Translations under genes and position numbers: made by a program
In this document: positions 9,010-18,323 of the stretch, piece by piece
Numbering within the stretch: position 1 is the first letter of the stretch
Layout of the letters: every line of letters starts with the position of its first letter
The notes under the pieces: model-generated
Told to the model about the DNA's origin: nothing
The model's input: the letters and a program-made list of their open reading frames with translations, nothing else
Databases searched by the model: none
Assembly: GCA_005222975.1 (NCBI GenBank)
Contig: NJBI01000004.1
Location: 32,742-96,741, forward strand
Origin: Promethearchaeota archaeon Loki_b31
GTDB taxonomy: Archaea; Asgardarchaeota; Lokiarchaeia; Sigyniarchaeales; SOKP01
Length of the DNA: 64,000 nucleotides
Reading direction: 5' to 3'

Positions 9010-10410
9010 ATGAAACTTTTTTGTTTAACTATTGCAGGTTCAGACCCTACTTGTGGAGCGGGAATTCAAGCGGATATTAGAACATTTGATAGGTGTGGAG
9101 TACATCCTTTTTCTGTAATAACGGCTATTACTTATCAATCAGCAACAGAATTTTATGGATATAAATCTCTTTCAGATGATTTAGATAACCAATTAAATGC
9201 GCTTTTCGCTTCTTATCCTATTAAGTATGTTAAAATAGGGATGATTCCAGATACCAAAGCGTTAGATATTATCGTAGATGTAGTTAGAAAACACGAATTA
9301 ATCGCCGTTTTGGACCCTGTTTCTATTTCTAGCGCAGGTGAAAGACTCTCGAGCGAAGGATTTGAATTAGAAATAGAAAGAAGTTTGTTTCCCTACATTA
9401 AAATCCTTACCCCAAATATTAGTGAAGCCGGTTTTTATGCGAATCGAGATTTATCAAATAAAACTATAGAAAATATTGCTGAGCTCAAAGATGCAGCAAT
9501 AATATTGGTAAAAAAGTTATATTCTGATAATCAGGCATTGGATGTGGAGAAAGCAGTTGTTATTAAAAGTGCAGGAGCTAAACAGGGAGAGATTTTCGAT
9601 CTAGTATGTATTAGTAAAGGAATAGGTTCTAATGAAAATTATGAATTTACACTATATCAAAAGCCAAAACTATCATTTAATGGAAATGTTCACGGAACGG
9701 GATGTGTTTTTTCTTCTGCTTTAACTGCTTTTCTTGCTAAAGGAAATCCCTTAGTTATGGCCATTGAAAAAGCAGAAAGTTTTTTTGATGCTAAATTTCA
9801 GAAGTTTGTTGAATTACCCAATAAAGGTAAAGTAATAGATTTAACTATTTCAGAAGAAAGAGTGGAAGTTATAAATCAAATTAAGGAAATTTACAATTTT
9901 ATCTCTAAATTTAAAAAATTTAGCAAATTAATTCCTGAAGTTAGAATGAATATATCTGGGTCCCTACCTAACGCTACTATAAAAGAGGAAATCGCGGGTA
10001 TTGAAGGTAGAATCACAATTATCAATGGTTATCCACAAGCTTCTGGAGAAATAAAGTTTGGTGCCACAGATCATACTGCTCGATTGATACTTTCGGCGAA
10101 AGAATTCGATAATTCAATTAATTACGTGATAAATCTTAAATTTAATCCAAACTGGATAGATTTAATTCAACAAAACACTGATTTAGAATTACAAGAGATT
10201 ATTAGAGAAGATCAACCAGAAAAGATTAAAAAACAAGAATTTTCAACTATGCAATGGTTAATTAAAGAAAGTATTGCTAGTAAAGGTAAAATACCAGATA
10301 TTATTTGGGATAAAGGAGCAATGGGGAAGGAACCGATAATTAGATTATTTAGTAAAAATTCGAAAGATATGATAGAAAAACTCAAAAAAATTATAGAAAT
10401 AATATCTTAG
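9010..10410 (+). CDS. thiDN: bifunctional hydroxymethylpyrimidine/phosphomethylpyrimidine kinase (ThiD) - thiamine-phosphate synthase (ThiN)
   Basis: N-terminal IAGSDPTCGAGIQADIRTF and GTGCVFSSAL are ThiD motifs. The C-terminal 180 aa (IPEVRMNISGSLPNA, IAGIEGRIT, GATDHTARLILSA) matches the archaeal ThiN domain. Confidence 0.85.
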   Translation: MKLFCLTIAGSDPTCGAGIQADIRTFDRCGVHPFSVITAITYQSATEFYGYKSLSDDLDNQLNALFASYPIKYVKIGMIPDTKALDIIVDVVRKHELIAVLDPVSISSAGERLSSEGFELEIERSLFPYIKILTPNISEAGFYANRDLSNKTIENIAELKDAAIILVKKLYSDNQALDVEKAVVIKSAGAKQGEIFDLVCISKGIGSNENYEFTLYQKPKLSFNGNVHGTGCVFSSALTAFLAKGNPLVMAIEKAESFFDAKFQKFVELPNKGKVIDLTISEERVEVINQIKEIYNFISKFKKFSKLIPEVRMNISGSLPNATIKEEIAGIEGRITIINGYPQASGEIKFGATDHTARLILSAKEFDNSINYVINLKFNPNWIDLIQQNTDLELQEIIREDQPEKIKKQEFSTMQWLIKESIASKGKIPDIIWDKGAMGKEPIIRLFSKNSKDMIEKLKKIIEIIS

Positions 10411-10418
10411 AATTTTAT

Positions 10419-11735
10419 TTATAATATATTTTTTGAAGCTTTTTTTTCCAAAGCGTCCTTTAAGATTTTTATTGCGCAGAATTCGCCACACATACTGCAT
10501 ACATCATCATCGTCAACAACCCCATTTCTATAATGAATCTCGCGAGATAATTCTGGATCGATTGAGTATTTTATCATTCCTTCCCAATCTAGGTTTTTTC
10601 GGGCAATATCCATTTTGTAATCCCAATCTGATGCCCTCTTACCATATTTCGCAATATTTACTGCATGAGCTGCTATTTTAGAAGCAATAGTTCCTCTTTT
10701 AACTTCTTCCTTATTGGGTAATGCTAAATGTTCAGAGGGCGTAACATAACAGAGATAATCAGCACCAGCTAATCCTGCCATTACACCCCCGATAGCGCTT
10801 ACAAGGTGATCGTAACCTGGAGCTATATCAGTTACTAATGGCCCTAAAACATAAAAAGGTGCTCCATCACATAAAGATTTCATTATTTTTATATTACGTT
10901 CTATTTCATTAGCGGGTATATGTCCAGGACCTTCCACCATTACTTGAACATTTTGTGCCCAAGCGCGCTTTACTAGTTTCGATATCTCTATAAGTTCTTG
11001 AATTTGAGCGTAATCAGTAGAATCAAATATACATCCAGGTCTGCACCCATCTCCAAGTGAGAGAGTGAAATCGTATTCTTTCGCCATTTCTAATAAATAG
11101 TCGTAATTATGATTAAAAGGGTTTTCTAAATCGTTCTCAAGTATCCATGCGGCTAAAAAAGTCCCTCCGCGAGATACCACTCCCATGGTTCTTGGATGAT
11201 CTTTTAGGTAATTTACTATCTCTTTCGTAATTCCAACATGAATTGTAAAAAAGTCCACGCCTTCTTTGGCCTGTTCTTCTACTACGTTAAAGAGGTCATC
11301 TTCGTCAAAGTTTATAATAGCTCCTTTTTTTTCTAACGCTCTTAACGCGGATTGGTAAATAGGAACCGTTCCTATTGGGACTTTAACTTCTTTTAAAATT
11401 TGTTTTCGAATGGTTTTCACATCGTCCTCGGTTACTCCAGTGCTTAAGTCCATGACGGTATCTGCCCCATATTTTACAGCGATCTTGGCTTTTTCTAATT
11501 CTTCGTTAATATCACATACTCGTTTGCTGGAGCCTATGTTAGCGTTAATTTTTACTAGCAAACCTTCACCGATGCCAATAGGTTCGATATCGCGTTTATT
11601 GGATTTTGGAACAATAATACGGCCTTTTGCGATTCCTTTTCGGACGAATTCTACATCTACTTTTTCTTTTGTCGCAACTATCTCCATTTCTTTGGTGATT
11701 TTACCATCTCGAGCGATTTTCATTAATGTGGACAA
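10419..11735 (-). CDS. thiC: phosphomethylpyrimidine synthase ThiC
   Basis: 438 aa. ThiC-typical blocks DTVMDLSTG, GVVSRGG, MVEGPGH and YVLGPLVTDIAPGYDH, plus the C-terminal CSMCGEFCA cluster. Confidence 0.92.
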   Translation of the reverse strand: MSTLMKIARDGKITKEMEIVATKEKVDVEFVRKGIAKGRIIVPKSNKRDIEPIGIGEGLLVKINANIGSSKRVCDINEELEKAKIAVKYGADTVMDLSTGVTEDDVKTIRKQILKEVKVPIGTVPIYQSALRALEKKGAIINFDEDDLFNVVEEQAKEGVDFFTIHVGITKEIVNYLKDHPRTMGVVSRGGTFLAAWILENDLENPFNHNYDYLLEMAKEYDFTLSLGDGCRPGCIFDSTDYAQIQELIEISKLVKRAWAQNVQVMVEGPGHIPANEIERNIKIMKSLCDGAPFYVLGPLVTDIAPGYDHLVSAIGGVMAGLAGADYLCYVTPSEHLALPNKEEVKRGTIASKIAAHAVNIAKYGKRASDWDYKMDIARKNLDWEGMIKYSIDPELSREIHYRNGVVDDDDVCSMCGEFCAIKILKDALEKKASKNIL

Positions 11736-11902
11736 ATTTTTAGACCTTCTCGTATGTGATTATTCTTCTACTAACGATTAAATATCTTATATCTAATACC
11801 AATTAATAATAATTGAATTAAATTGTTTTGTTTAATAAAATATAATAAATCACCACTTTAGAAATATTTTTGTAATTGTATCTATATATAAAAAATATCT
11901 TG

Positions 11903-12370
11903 TTAGTATCCCAATTTTAGTTGTTTTAAAAGCTCAATTAAAGATTCGGTTAATTTATAATTTTTTAATTCATCAAATTCCACAAATTTAGCGTCTAATG
12001 CGTCGGAATCTGGTATAGGTGGTTGATTTAAATTGCTCTCAGTTTGTTCTACGAAATAATTAATCAAAACATAATGGTATTCGATCTTCCCGGTATCATC
12101 GTACATTATTTTATCTATTATGCCGGCTAATTTTGTAACCTTCACCTTAAAGCCCGTTTCTTCAAAACCCTCTCTTTCGGCAGCAGATTGTACTCTTTCA
12201 CCGAGATCTAAGTGCCCTCCGGGAATAGACCAATATCCCGCATCAGGATTGAATTTTCGTTTAACTAGCAATAACGAATTATTGCGAATCAGTAAAACGC
12301 CAACTCCTATTAATGGAACGATAGGATAACGTCTTAAATCGAAGGGGGTAAAATCTTTTTTATTTACCAT
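11903..12370 (-). CDS. Nudix hydrolase
   Basis: Nudix box GGHLDLGERVQSAAEREGFEETGF (Gx5Ex7REUxEExGU). Confidence 0.88.
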   Translation of the reverse strand: MVNKKDFTPFDLRRYPIVPLIGVGVLLIRNNSLLLVKRKFNPDAGYWSIPGGHLDLGERVQSAAEREGFEETGFKVKVTKLAGIIDKIMYDDTGKIEYHYVLINYFVEQTESNLNQPPIPDSDALDAKFVEFDELKNYKLTESLIELLKQLKLGY

Positions 12371-12573
12371 TTTTAAATAATAATATAAATATTTTTAATG
12401 ATTTAGTTTAAAATTTATAACTTTAAATTGTTATTTTTATATAATCTACATTTTTCTTCTCAATATAATTTTAATCATTTGTTTATCAGAATAAGTTTAA
12501 ATATTAGGAAAAAGATTTTTATCCTTAATCATTTAAATTAATTTCTTAAAAATGATAAAAGACGAAATTAAAA

Positions 12574-15500
12574 ATGAGCCATTTAAATTTTAAAAAAAAA
12601 AAAAGCGTTACATTTTTTATAATTTCTCTGTTGTACTTTTCCTCAATCTTTTCAAGCGCATTTATGAATATTGGAACTTCAAGTTTATTTTTGGACGAAA
12701 ATATATTTGGAAACAACGATGATTTGATCGAATTAAAAGTCACTATCTCCGAAATTTTAATAGAAGATAAGGAATCTCCAACTGGAGAAATTTTTCAACG
12801 TCTTAGTATAGAAGGAAGCGGAAACTTTGGTCAAACGGGAAGCCCTAGTCTACCCTTTAAAGTTGTAAAAATACTCCTTCCATATGGCAAAGATATGGCG
12901 GATGTCGAAATCATTACTGGAGAAACACAAATTTTAGAAGGATCGTACAAAATAGAACCCGTACAAGAACAAACTCCTATTAGCTCGAACGAGGTAACTG
13001 AATTTAAATTGGATAATTCAGTTTACAATTCAATTAACCCTTTTCCTGATAAACAATATTCAATTGTTGGTGTATATGAACTTAGGGGATATAGGATTTT
13101 AGTCCTAAATCTATACCCTGTGAGTTATGTCCCAAAAACGGGAAAAGTATCTTATTTTAGAGATATAACGGTGTTAGTTAGGCTTACAAATCATCCTAAT
13201 GCAAATTTACTTTTCAGAAATTTAAAAGTAGATGAAAAACGAGTTGTTAATACCGTTGACAATCCAGAGTTGGTGGATGTTTATAGAGGAAAGAATCCTC
13301 AATTAATTTCTCTTGGATCAAGTTTAGATTTACCTCCTGGATCTTATGATTACATCATTATTACAAACGAAGCTTTACATGACTCTATTGGTGCTTATAC
13401 TTTTCAAGACCTTAGGGATAGTAAAAATGCTGCAGGTATACAAACTACAATTGTTACTACTGAATATATTTACGCTAATTATCTTGGTGCCGATAACCCA
13501 GAGAAAATTAGAAATTTTATTATAGATGCCTATCAAACTTGGGGTGTAGAATATGTTTTATTAGGAGGAGATGGAGATGAAGTCGATATAGGTGGAGAGA
13601 GTGGAGATTTGATAATTCCATCGAGGGGCTTTTATGCTACGGCTTATGGAGAAGTAGATTACGACATTACATCTGATTTATATTATGCAGGATTAGATGG
13701 AAATTGGAATACTGACGGAGATAATATGTGGGCTGAACCAGGCGAAGATGATTTATACGCAGAGGTGTATGTTGGTAGAGCTCCTGTGGATTCTGAAGAT
13801 GAACTATCTAATTTTGTATACAAAACTTTAGCTCACGAGACAGAAACTCATCACTACTTATCTGATGTTTTAATGGTAGGGGAAGATCTATATTGGTATG
13901 TGTGGGGCGGCGATTATAAAGACGAAGTAAAAGATGGTTCCGATGCACAAGGTTATACCACTGAAGGATTTCCACTAGGATATTTTGTTGATACGCTTTA
14001 CGATCGCGAATTAGACCCGGCAAGATGGGATAAAAACGATCTTATCCCTTTAATTAACGATGGAATTCATATAATTAATCATCTTGGTCACTGCGATGTT
14101 GAGTATAGCATGAAAATGGAAAATTACGATGCAGACTCGCTTACAAATGATCATTATTTCTTTGGTTACAGCCAAGGATGCTACAATGGAGCGTTTGATA
14201 ATAGGGGTCCTTGGGGGGAGATACATGCAAACGATTCTATTGTAGAACACTTTGTAACTACACCTCACGGAGCGTTTGCTTTTATTGCTAATAGCAGGTT
14301 CGGATGGGGCGACCCTTACGGAACTAATGGAGCTTCTCAGTATTACGACCGCCAATTTTTTGACGCTATATTTTCAGAAGGCATTGAAGAAATAGGAAGA
14401 GCAAATCAAGACTCAAAGGAAGACAACATAGGATTTCTCTCTCAAGAAGCAATGAGATGGGTTTATTATGAACTGAATCTCTTCGGAGATCCAACAGCAA
14501 CGATCCCTCCTCAACCTAATGATTTTACACCTTCACTTACTGATGGAAGCCTTTCGCCAACTTCTGGAAACCAAACAACTCTATTTACATACAATGTGAC
14601 TTATACTGATGCAGATAATAACCCTCCAATTTATATTAATGTATTAATAAATGAAACATCTTACCCTATGGAAAAACAGGATTTAATGGATGAAGATTAC
14701 ACTGATGGCTGTAAATATAATTATTTTACGTACTTACAACCTGGAAATTACAATTATTCATTTGAATGCGCAGATTATAAATTTTTTACTAATACAGGAG
14801 TAACCATCGGTCCTTCAGTTTCAGAAAGCCCAAATTTAAATTCACCTATTTTGAGTAATGGACAAGTTTCTCCTCCAAGTGGCGTAAAACATTGGGATAC
14901 ATTTAAATTCTCAGTAATTTATTCGGATGCTGATAATAATTTGCCGGAATACGTTAATATAATACTAAATTCGATAACATATCCTATGGCACAACTAGAT
15001 TATTTAGATTCAAATTATATGGATGGATGCGTATATACTTTCAGCACAACTTTACATCAAGATGGTGATCAAAATTATTCGTTCGAGTGTTCTGATGGTG
15101 ATTTTACTCATACTATTGGTCCCTTTAGTGGACCCTCTGTATACGAAATATTGAATTATACTATGATCCCTGATTACGAGTATAATTGGATCGATGCTTC
15201 AGGTGGAACAGAACTTTTATTAGGTGATGATGATTATGCTGCAATAGCATTACCCTTTAATTTTCAATTCTACAATGAAACCTTTTCAACTATATATTTA
15301 TGCTCAAATGGATATCTTAGTTTCACAGATACGACCCCTTATCAATATTCAAATGTTCCTTTTCCTTCGGCGAACCCAACACATACATATATGATTGCTC
15401 CATTTTGGGATGATATATATCCCGCCTCTGGAGGACATATCTATGTACAATCATTTGGGACTTATTGGGTGGCAGAATGGCAAGATATATATCATATAAA

Positions 15501-18027
15501 TGGGCCTTTACTAGGTTCATTTGAATTAATATTATATGAATCGGGAGAAATCATCTTTAATTACGATTATATCGATTATATTGATCCTTATACCAGGTAT
15601 ACTTGTGGATTAAATTTAGGTGAAGACACTAGATTTTATAATTCGTATCAAGATTTAACCACAGAAACTGAGGATTTTTCGTTATATTTTTATGCAATGA
15701 CTAATGATTTTGCTCCAGAATTATCTTTAGAATCTGTTATACCGACAAGTGGATATCAAAATACACTGTTCAATTTCAACGTTACTTATACCGACCAAGA
15801 TAACAATCCACCAGTTCAAATGGATGTTATTATAAATGGTACAACTTACCCTATGGAAAAGCAAAACCCATCTGATGATAATTACACAGATGGTTGTCTA
15901 TACCAACTTTTGACTTACTTTCAACCAGCAGCTCATAATTATACTTATTACTTTAATTGCTATGATGGAATATTTACAAATACAACCACTATTTATTCTA
16001 ACATAAAAGTGGAAGAAACGAATATCTTTAGCCCTAGTCTGTCAAATGAACAGGTCCTTCCAAATACAGGCTACGCACAAGCAACAATTTTCTCTTTTAT
16101 GGTTACTTATACTGATCCTGATAATAATGCACCGGATTCTATAGAAATTACTATTAATTCGACGACATTTACTATGTTAAAGCAAGATTTTATGGATTCT
16201 AATTTCATGGATGGATGTGTGTATATATATAATACACAATTAAATGATATAGGTATTTATTTGTATAATTTTAGTTGTTCAGACGGAATTTTTACAGCCA
16301 GCGCTGGACCTTTTGCGGGACCAGTAGTAGAAAAAGGTCCTTTGTTTGATAGCATGTATATAGACCATTATTTTTCATTAGGGCCTTACGGTTATGATTC
16401 AACGATATCTTATTCTACTGGTTCGACTAGTAATTTTAAAGCGCATTGGGCTTTTGCGGGAATGATAGGCTCCTGGGATATCGATTTAGACACAAGAATT
16501 ATGTCAAATTGCGTAAATCCTTGTTTTGTAGAGGGCACTCATACACCATTTTGGATCAGTACTAATACTACACTCAATGATATAATCCCAATTTCTGTAA
16601 TGAGTGAGGGCGATCATAATTTTCAGGTTTCTGATGAATTACTATTTGATTTACCTGAATTTGGGCTTATTGACGTATGGGAGTTAGAAGATTTAACTGA
16701 TCCCGGCGGAGTTGCGTGGTACGAAAAAAGTACAGGAATTTTACTAAATGGTATATTCTTTTACGGTGGTGGGGCTTATAGCTATACGTTTGATTTCATC
16801 GATACTAATGTTGAATTTACTTATATTACCTTCGATCATGAATTAAAAGTTTCTTTAGATGTTCCAACTAATCCAAAAATTGATCAGACTTACATCATTA
16901 ATGCAACAGTGACTAATAACGGTTTGAACGATGAATATGATGTTGATTTATTGCTATATCTTGATGACGTACTTGTAGATTCAATTACTATTTCAAGTTT
17001 ACCTGTTGGTGCGAGTGAAACAGTTAATTATATGTGGACTCCAACTGAATACAAAACCTACAATTTCACTGCTTATGCTCCACCTGTACCTGATGAGTCT
17101 TATATTGATAATAATATCAAAACTAAGCTAATACCCATTAGGGATATTGAATTATTCGATGGAATGTATATTGATCATATTTGGACTGTCCCTAGTGATA
17201 TTTACCCTTCAAGGTTTTCATATTCTTATTACTCAGGTAGTCTATTTATTGAAACTTGGGATATTATGGGATTTTCTATTCCATGGTATGTTGATTCTCA
17301 GACAAGACTTATGTCAGGTGGGTCAGTTTTTGGTGATGGTACACATACTCCGGCGTGGATTTTTACCGATGTATCTTTAGGTGACGAAATTTTAATTGCG
17401 GTCGTTGGTGAAGGTGATCATCTTTTCAGCGTAGCAGGCGAATTAATCTATGATCTACCCGGTTTTGGATCGGTAGGTGTGTGGGTACTAGAAGATTTAA
17501 CTCTTCCTGGTGGAGTTGCTTGGTATGAAAAAAGTACAGGAATTTTACTAAAAGGTACGTTCTTTTACGGTGGTGGGGCTGCTAACTATACGTTTGATTT
17601 CGTAAGTACTAATGTTGAATTTACTTATGTGCCGCCCGGTGATTTTGAACTATCAACCAATGCTGGAACTCCCTCCGACAATGATGGTAATTTTGATTTA
17701 ACATGGGAAAGTGCAGATGGAGCTCTTACTTACTCAGTGTACCAATATTCAAGCTATATAACGGAAATTAATGGAAGTTTAACCCTTTTAGGAGATGGAA
17801 TAACAGAACTTTCTCATGCTTTGAGTGGTTATACTGATGGGACCTATTACTTTATCGCTGTCGCACATAACGCCTATGGTGATACTCGATCAAATTGCAT
17901 CGAAGTTGTTGTTCAAATACCAAGTGATGGAGGAATTCCTGGATACTACTTCGTAATTGCAGCAATAATTATAGTTGCAGTAATAGGTATAGTTATTGCT
18001 ATAATAATTATAAAACGACGTAAATGA
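12574..18027 (+). CDS. giant surface protein G1: signal anchor, C25 (gingipain-like) cysteine peptidase head, 4 Cys-pair Ig-like repeats, NIDO-like domain, 2 unknown ~160-aa modules, CARDB, FN3-like, C-terminal TM anchor
   Basis: The N-terminal KKKK plus hydrophobic segment is a signal anchor. C25 motifs are YDYIIITNEA, YVLLGGDGD..IPSRGFY, the His block IINHLGHCD and the Cys block YSQGCYNGAF about 33 aa later. Modules and approximate coordinates:
- TYTD.DNN.P repeats: about 14521-15140 and 15703-16330
- NIDO-like (IAPFWDD): 15148-15705
- WYEKSTGILL modules: 16345-16830 and 17147-17628
- CARDB: 16831-17146
- FN3-like: 17631-17920
- Anchor: IPGYYF + TM + KRRK. Confidence 0.85.
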   Translation: MSHLNFKKKKSVTFFIISLLYFSSIFSSAFMNIGTSSLFLDENIFGNNDDLIELKVTISEILIEDKESPTGEIFQRLSIEGSGNFGQTGSPSLPFKVVKILLPYGKDMADVEIITGETQILEGSYKIEPVQEQTPISSNEVTEFKLDNSVYNSINPFPDKQYSIVGVYELRGYRILVLNLYPVSYVPKTGKVSYFRDITVLVRLTNHPNANLLFRNLKVDEKRVVNTVDNPELVDVYRGKNPQLISLGSSLDLPPGSYDYIIITNEALHDSIGAYTFQDLRDSKNAAGIQTTIVTTEYIYANYLGADNPEKIRNFIIDAYQTWGVEYVLLGGDGDEVDIGGESGDLIIPSRGFYATAYGEVDYDITSDLYYAGLDGNWNTDGDNMWAEPGEDDLYAEVYVGRAPVDSEDELSNFVYKTLAHETETHHYLSDVLMVGEDLYWYVWGGDYKDEVKDGSDAQGYTTEGFPLGYFVDTLYDRELDPARWDKNDLIPLINDGIHIINHLGHCDVEYSMKMENYDADSLTNDHYFFGYSQGCYNGAFDNRGPWGEIHANDSIVEHFVTTPHGAFAFIANSRFGWGDPYGTNGASQYYDRQFFDAIFSEGIEEIGRANQDSKEDNIGFLSQEAMRWVYYELNLFGDPTATIPPQPNDFTPSLTDGSLSPTSGNQTTLFTYNVTYTDADNNPPIYINVLINETSYPMEKQDLMDEDYTDGCKYNYFTYLQPGNYNYSFECADYKFFTNTGVTIGPSVSESPNLNSPILSNGQVSPPSGVKHWDTFKFSVIYSDADNNLPEYVNIILNSITYPMAQLDYLDSNYMDGCVYTFSTTLHQDGDQNYSFECSDGDFTHTIGPFSGPSVYEILNYTMIPDYEYNWIDASGGTELLLGDDDYAAIALPFNFQFYNETFSTIYLCSNGYLSFTDTTPYQYSNVPFPSANPTHTYMIAPFWDDIYPASGGHIYVQSFGTYWVAEWQDIYHINGPLLGSFELILYESGEIIFNYDYIDYIDPYTRYTCGLNLGEDTRFYNSYQDLTTETEDFSLYFYAMTNDFAPELSLESVIPTSGYQNTLFNFNVTYTDQDNNPPVQMDVIINGTTYPMEKQNPSDDNYTDGCLYQLLTYFQPAAHNYTYYFNCYDGIFTNTTTIYSNIKVEETNIFSPSLSNEQVLPNTGYAQATIFSFMVTYTDPDNNAPDSIEITINSTTFTMLKQDFMDSNFMDGCVYIYNTQLNDIGIYLYNFSCSDGIFTASAGPFAGPVVEKGPLFDSMYIDHYFSLGPYGYDSTISYSTGSTSNFKAHWAFAGMIGSWDIDLDTRIMSNCVNPCFVEGTHTPFWISTNTTLNDIIPISVMSEGDHNFQVSDELLFDLPEFGLIDVWELEDLTDPGGVAWYEKSTGILLNGIFFYGGGAYSYTFDFIDTNVEFTYITFDHELKVSLDVPTNPKIDQTYIINATVTNNGLNDEYDVDLLLYLDDVLVDSITISSLPVGASETVNYMWTPTEYKTYNFTAYAPPVPDESYIDNNIKTKLIPIRDIELFDGMYIDHIWTVPSDIYPSRFSYSYYSGSLFIETWDIMGFSIPWYVDSQTRLMSGGSVFGDGTHTPAWIFTDVSLGDEILIAVVGEGDHLFSVAGELIYDLPGFGSVGVWVLEDLTLPGGVAWYEKSTGILLKGTFFYGGGAANYTFDFVSTNVEFTYVPPGDFELSTNAGTPSDNDGNFDLTWESADGALTYSVYQYSSYITEINGSLTLLGDGITELSHALSGYTDGTYYFIAVAHNAYGDTRSNCIEVVVQIPSDGGIPGYYFVIAAIIIVAVIGIVIAIIIIKRRK

Positions 18028-18169
18028 AGTGAATACTAAAAAAATCTTAAATTCTTATTTTTTTCTTATTATTATATTGTTTATTTTCTAATTATGTCAG
18101 AAATTTAAAATTAGGACATAAAGATACAACATATCTCTTCGAATAACAAAAAATATTAGAGGAAATTTT
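18028..18169 (+). repeat. conserved 3'-flank element of the protease genes (copy 1 of 3)
   Basis: The sequence agtgaatactaaaaaaatcttaaattctt...tatgtcagaaatttaaaattaggacataaag...attagaggaaatttt recurs at 22611-22700 (truncated) and 38084-38226. Confidence 0.85.
18058..18064 (+). terminator. oligo-T tract (T7) downstream of G1
   Basis: The T-run sits inside the conserved 3'-flank element, about 30 nt after the stop codon. The same position carries T10 and T11 in the other copies. Confidence 0.4.
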
Positions 18170-18323
18170 TAAATAATAAATTAGGTTTTTTTGTGTTAAA
18201 CCTATAAAGGTAACATTTAATTATAAATTTCCTTTAAAGGAATAAATATAAAAAGGAAGAAGATGAATTAATTCATACCTATTTTAAAAGTTGTTTAAAA
18301 ACTTTTAAGAGGCGAAATTTTAA
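18166..18323 (+). promoter_or_regulatory. conserved upstream region of papain-head genes (copy A)
   Basis: Roughly 155-bp block near-identical to 22941-23094. It contains the perfect palindrome ttcctttaaaggaa (18229-18242), AT-rich TATA-like stretches and GAGG 11 nt upstream of the ATG at 18324. Confidence 0.5.

Noticed and set aside
10433-11781. Plus-strand ORFs 10433..10681 and 11410..11781
   Set aside because: They are antisense shadows of thiC, whose identity is unambiguous.
11736-11902. Possible TPP riboswitch upstream of thiC
   Set aside because: On the thiC (minus) strand I could not find the conserved CUGAGA core or a GC-rich P1-P3 structure. The region is plain AT-rich DNA. A covariance-model scan would be needed for certainty.
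13808-14355. Minus-strand ORFs 13808..14023 and 14050..14355 inside G1
   Set aside because: They lie antisense within the strongly supported C25 peptidase coding region, have low-complexity composition and carry no motifs. I treat them as shadow ORFs.
17147-17380. Alternative-frame ORFs with near-identical sequences (17147..17380, 20908..21159, 21721..21960, 36072..36323, 36885..37124; also 24650..24850 and 34998..35198)
   Set aside because: Their apparent conservation follows from the DNA repeats in the giant genes. They sit out of frame inside well-supported modules and encode hydrophobic nonsense typical of frame-shifted AT-rich coding DNA.
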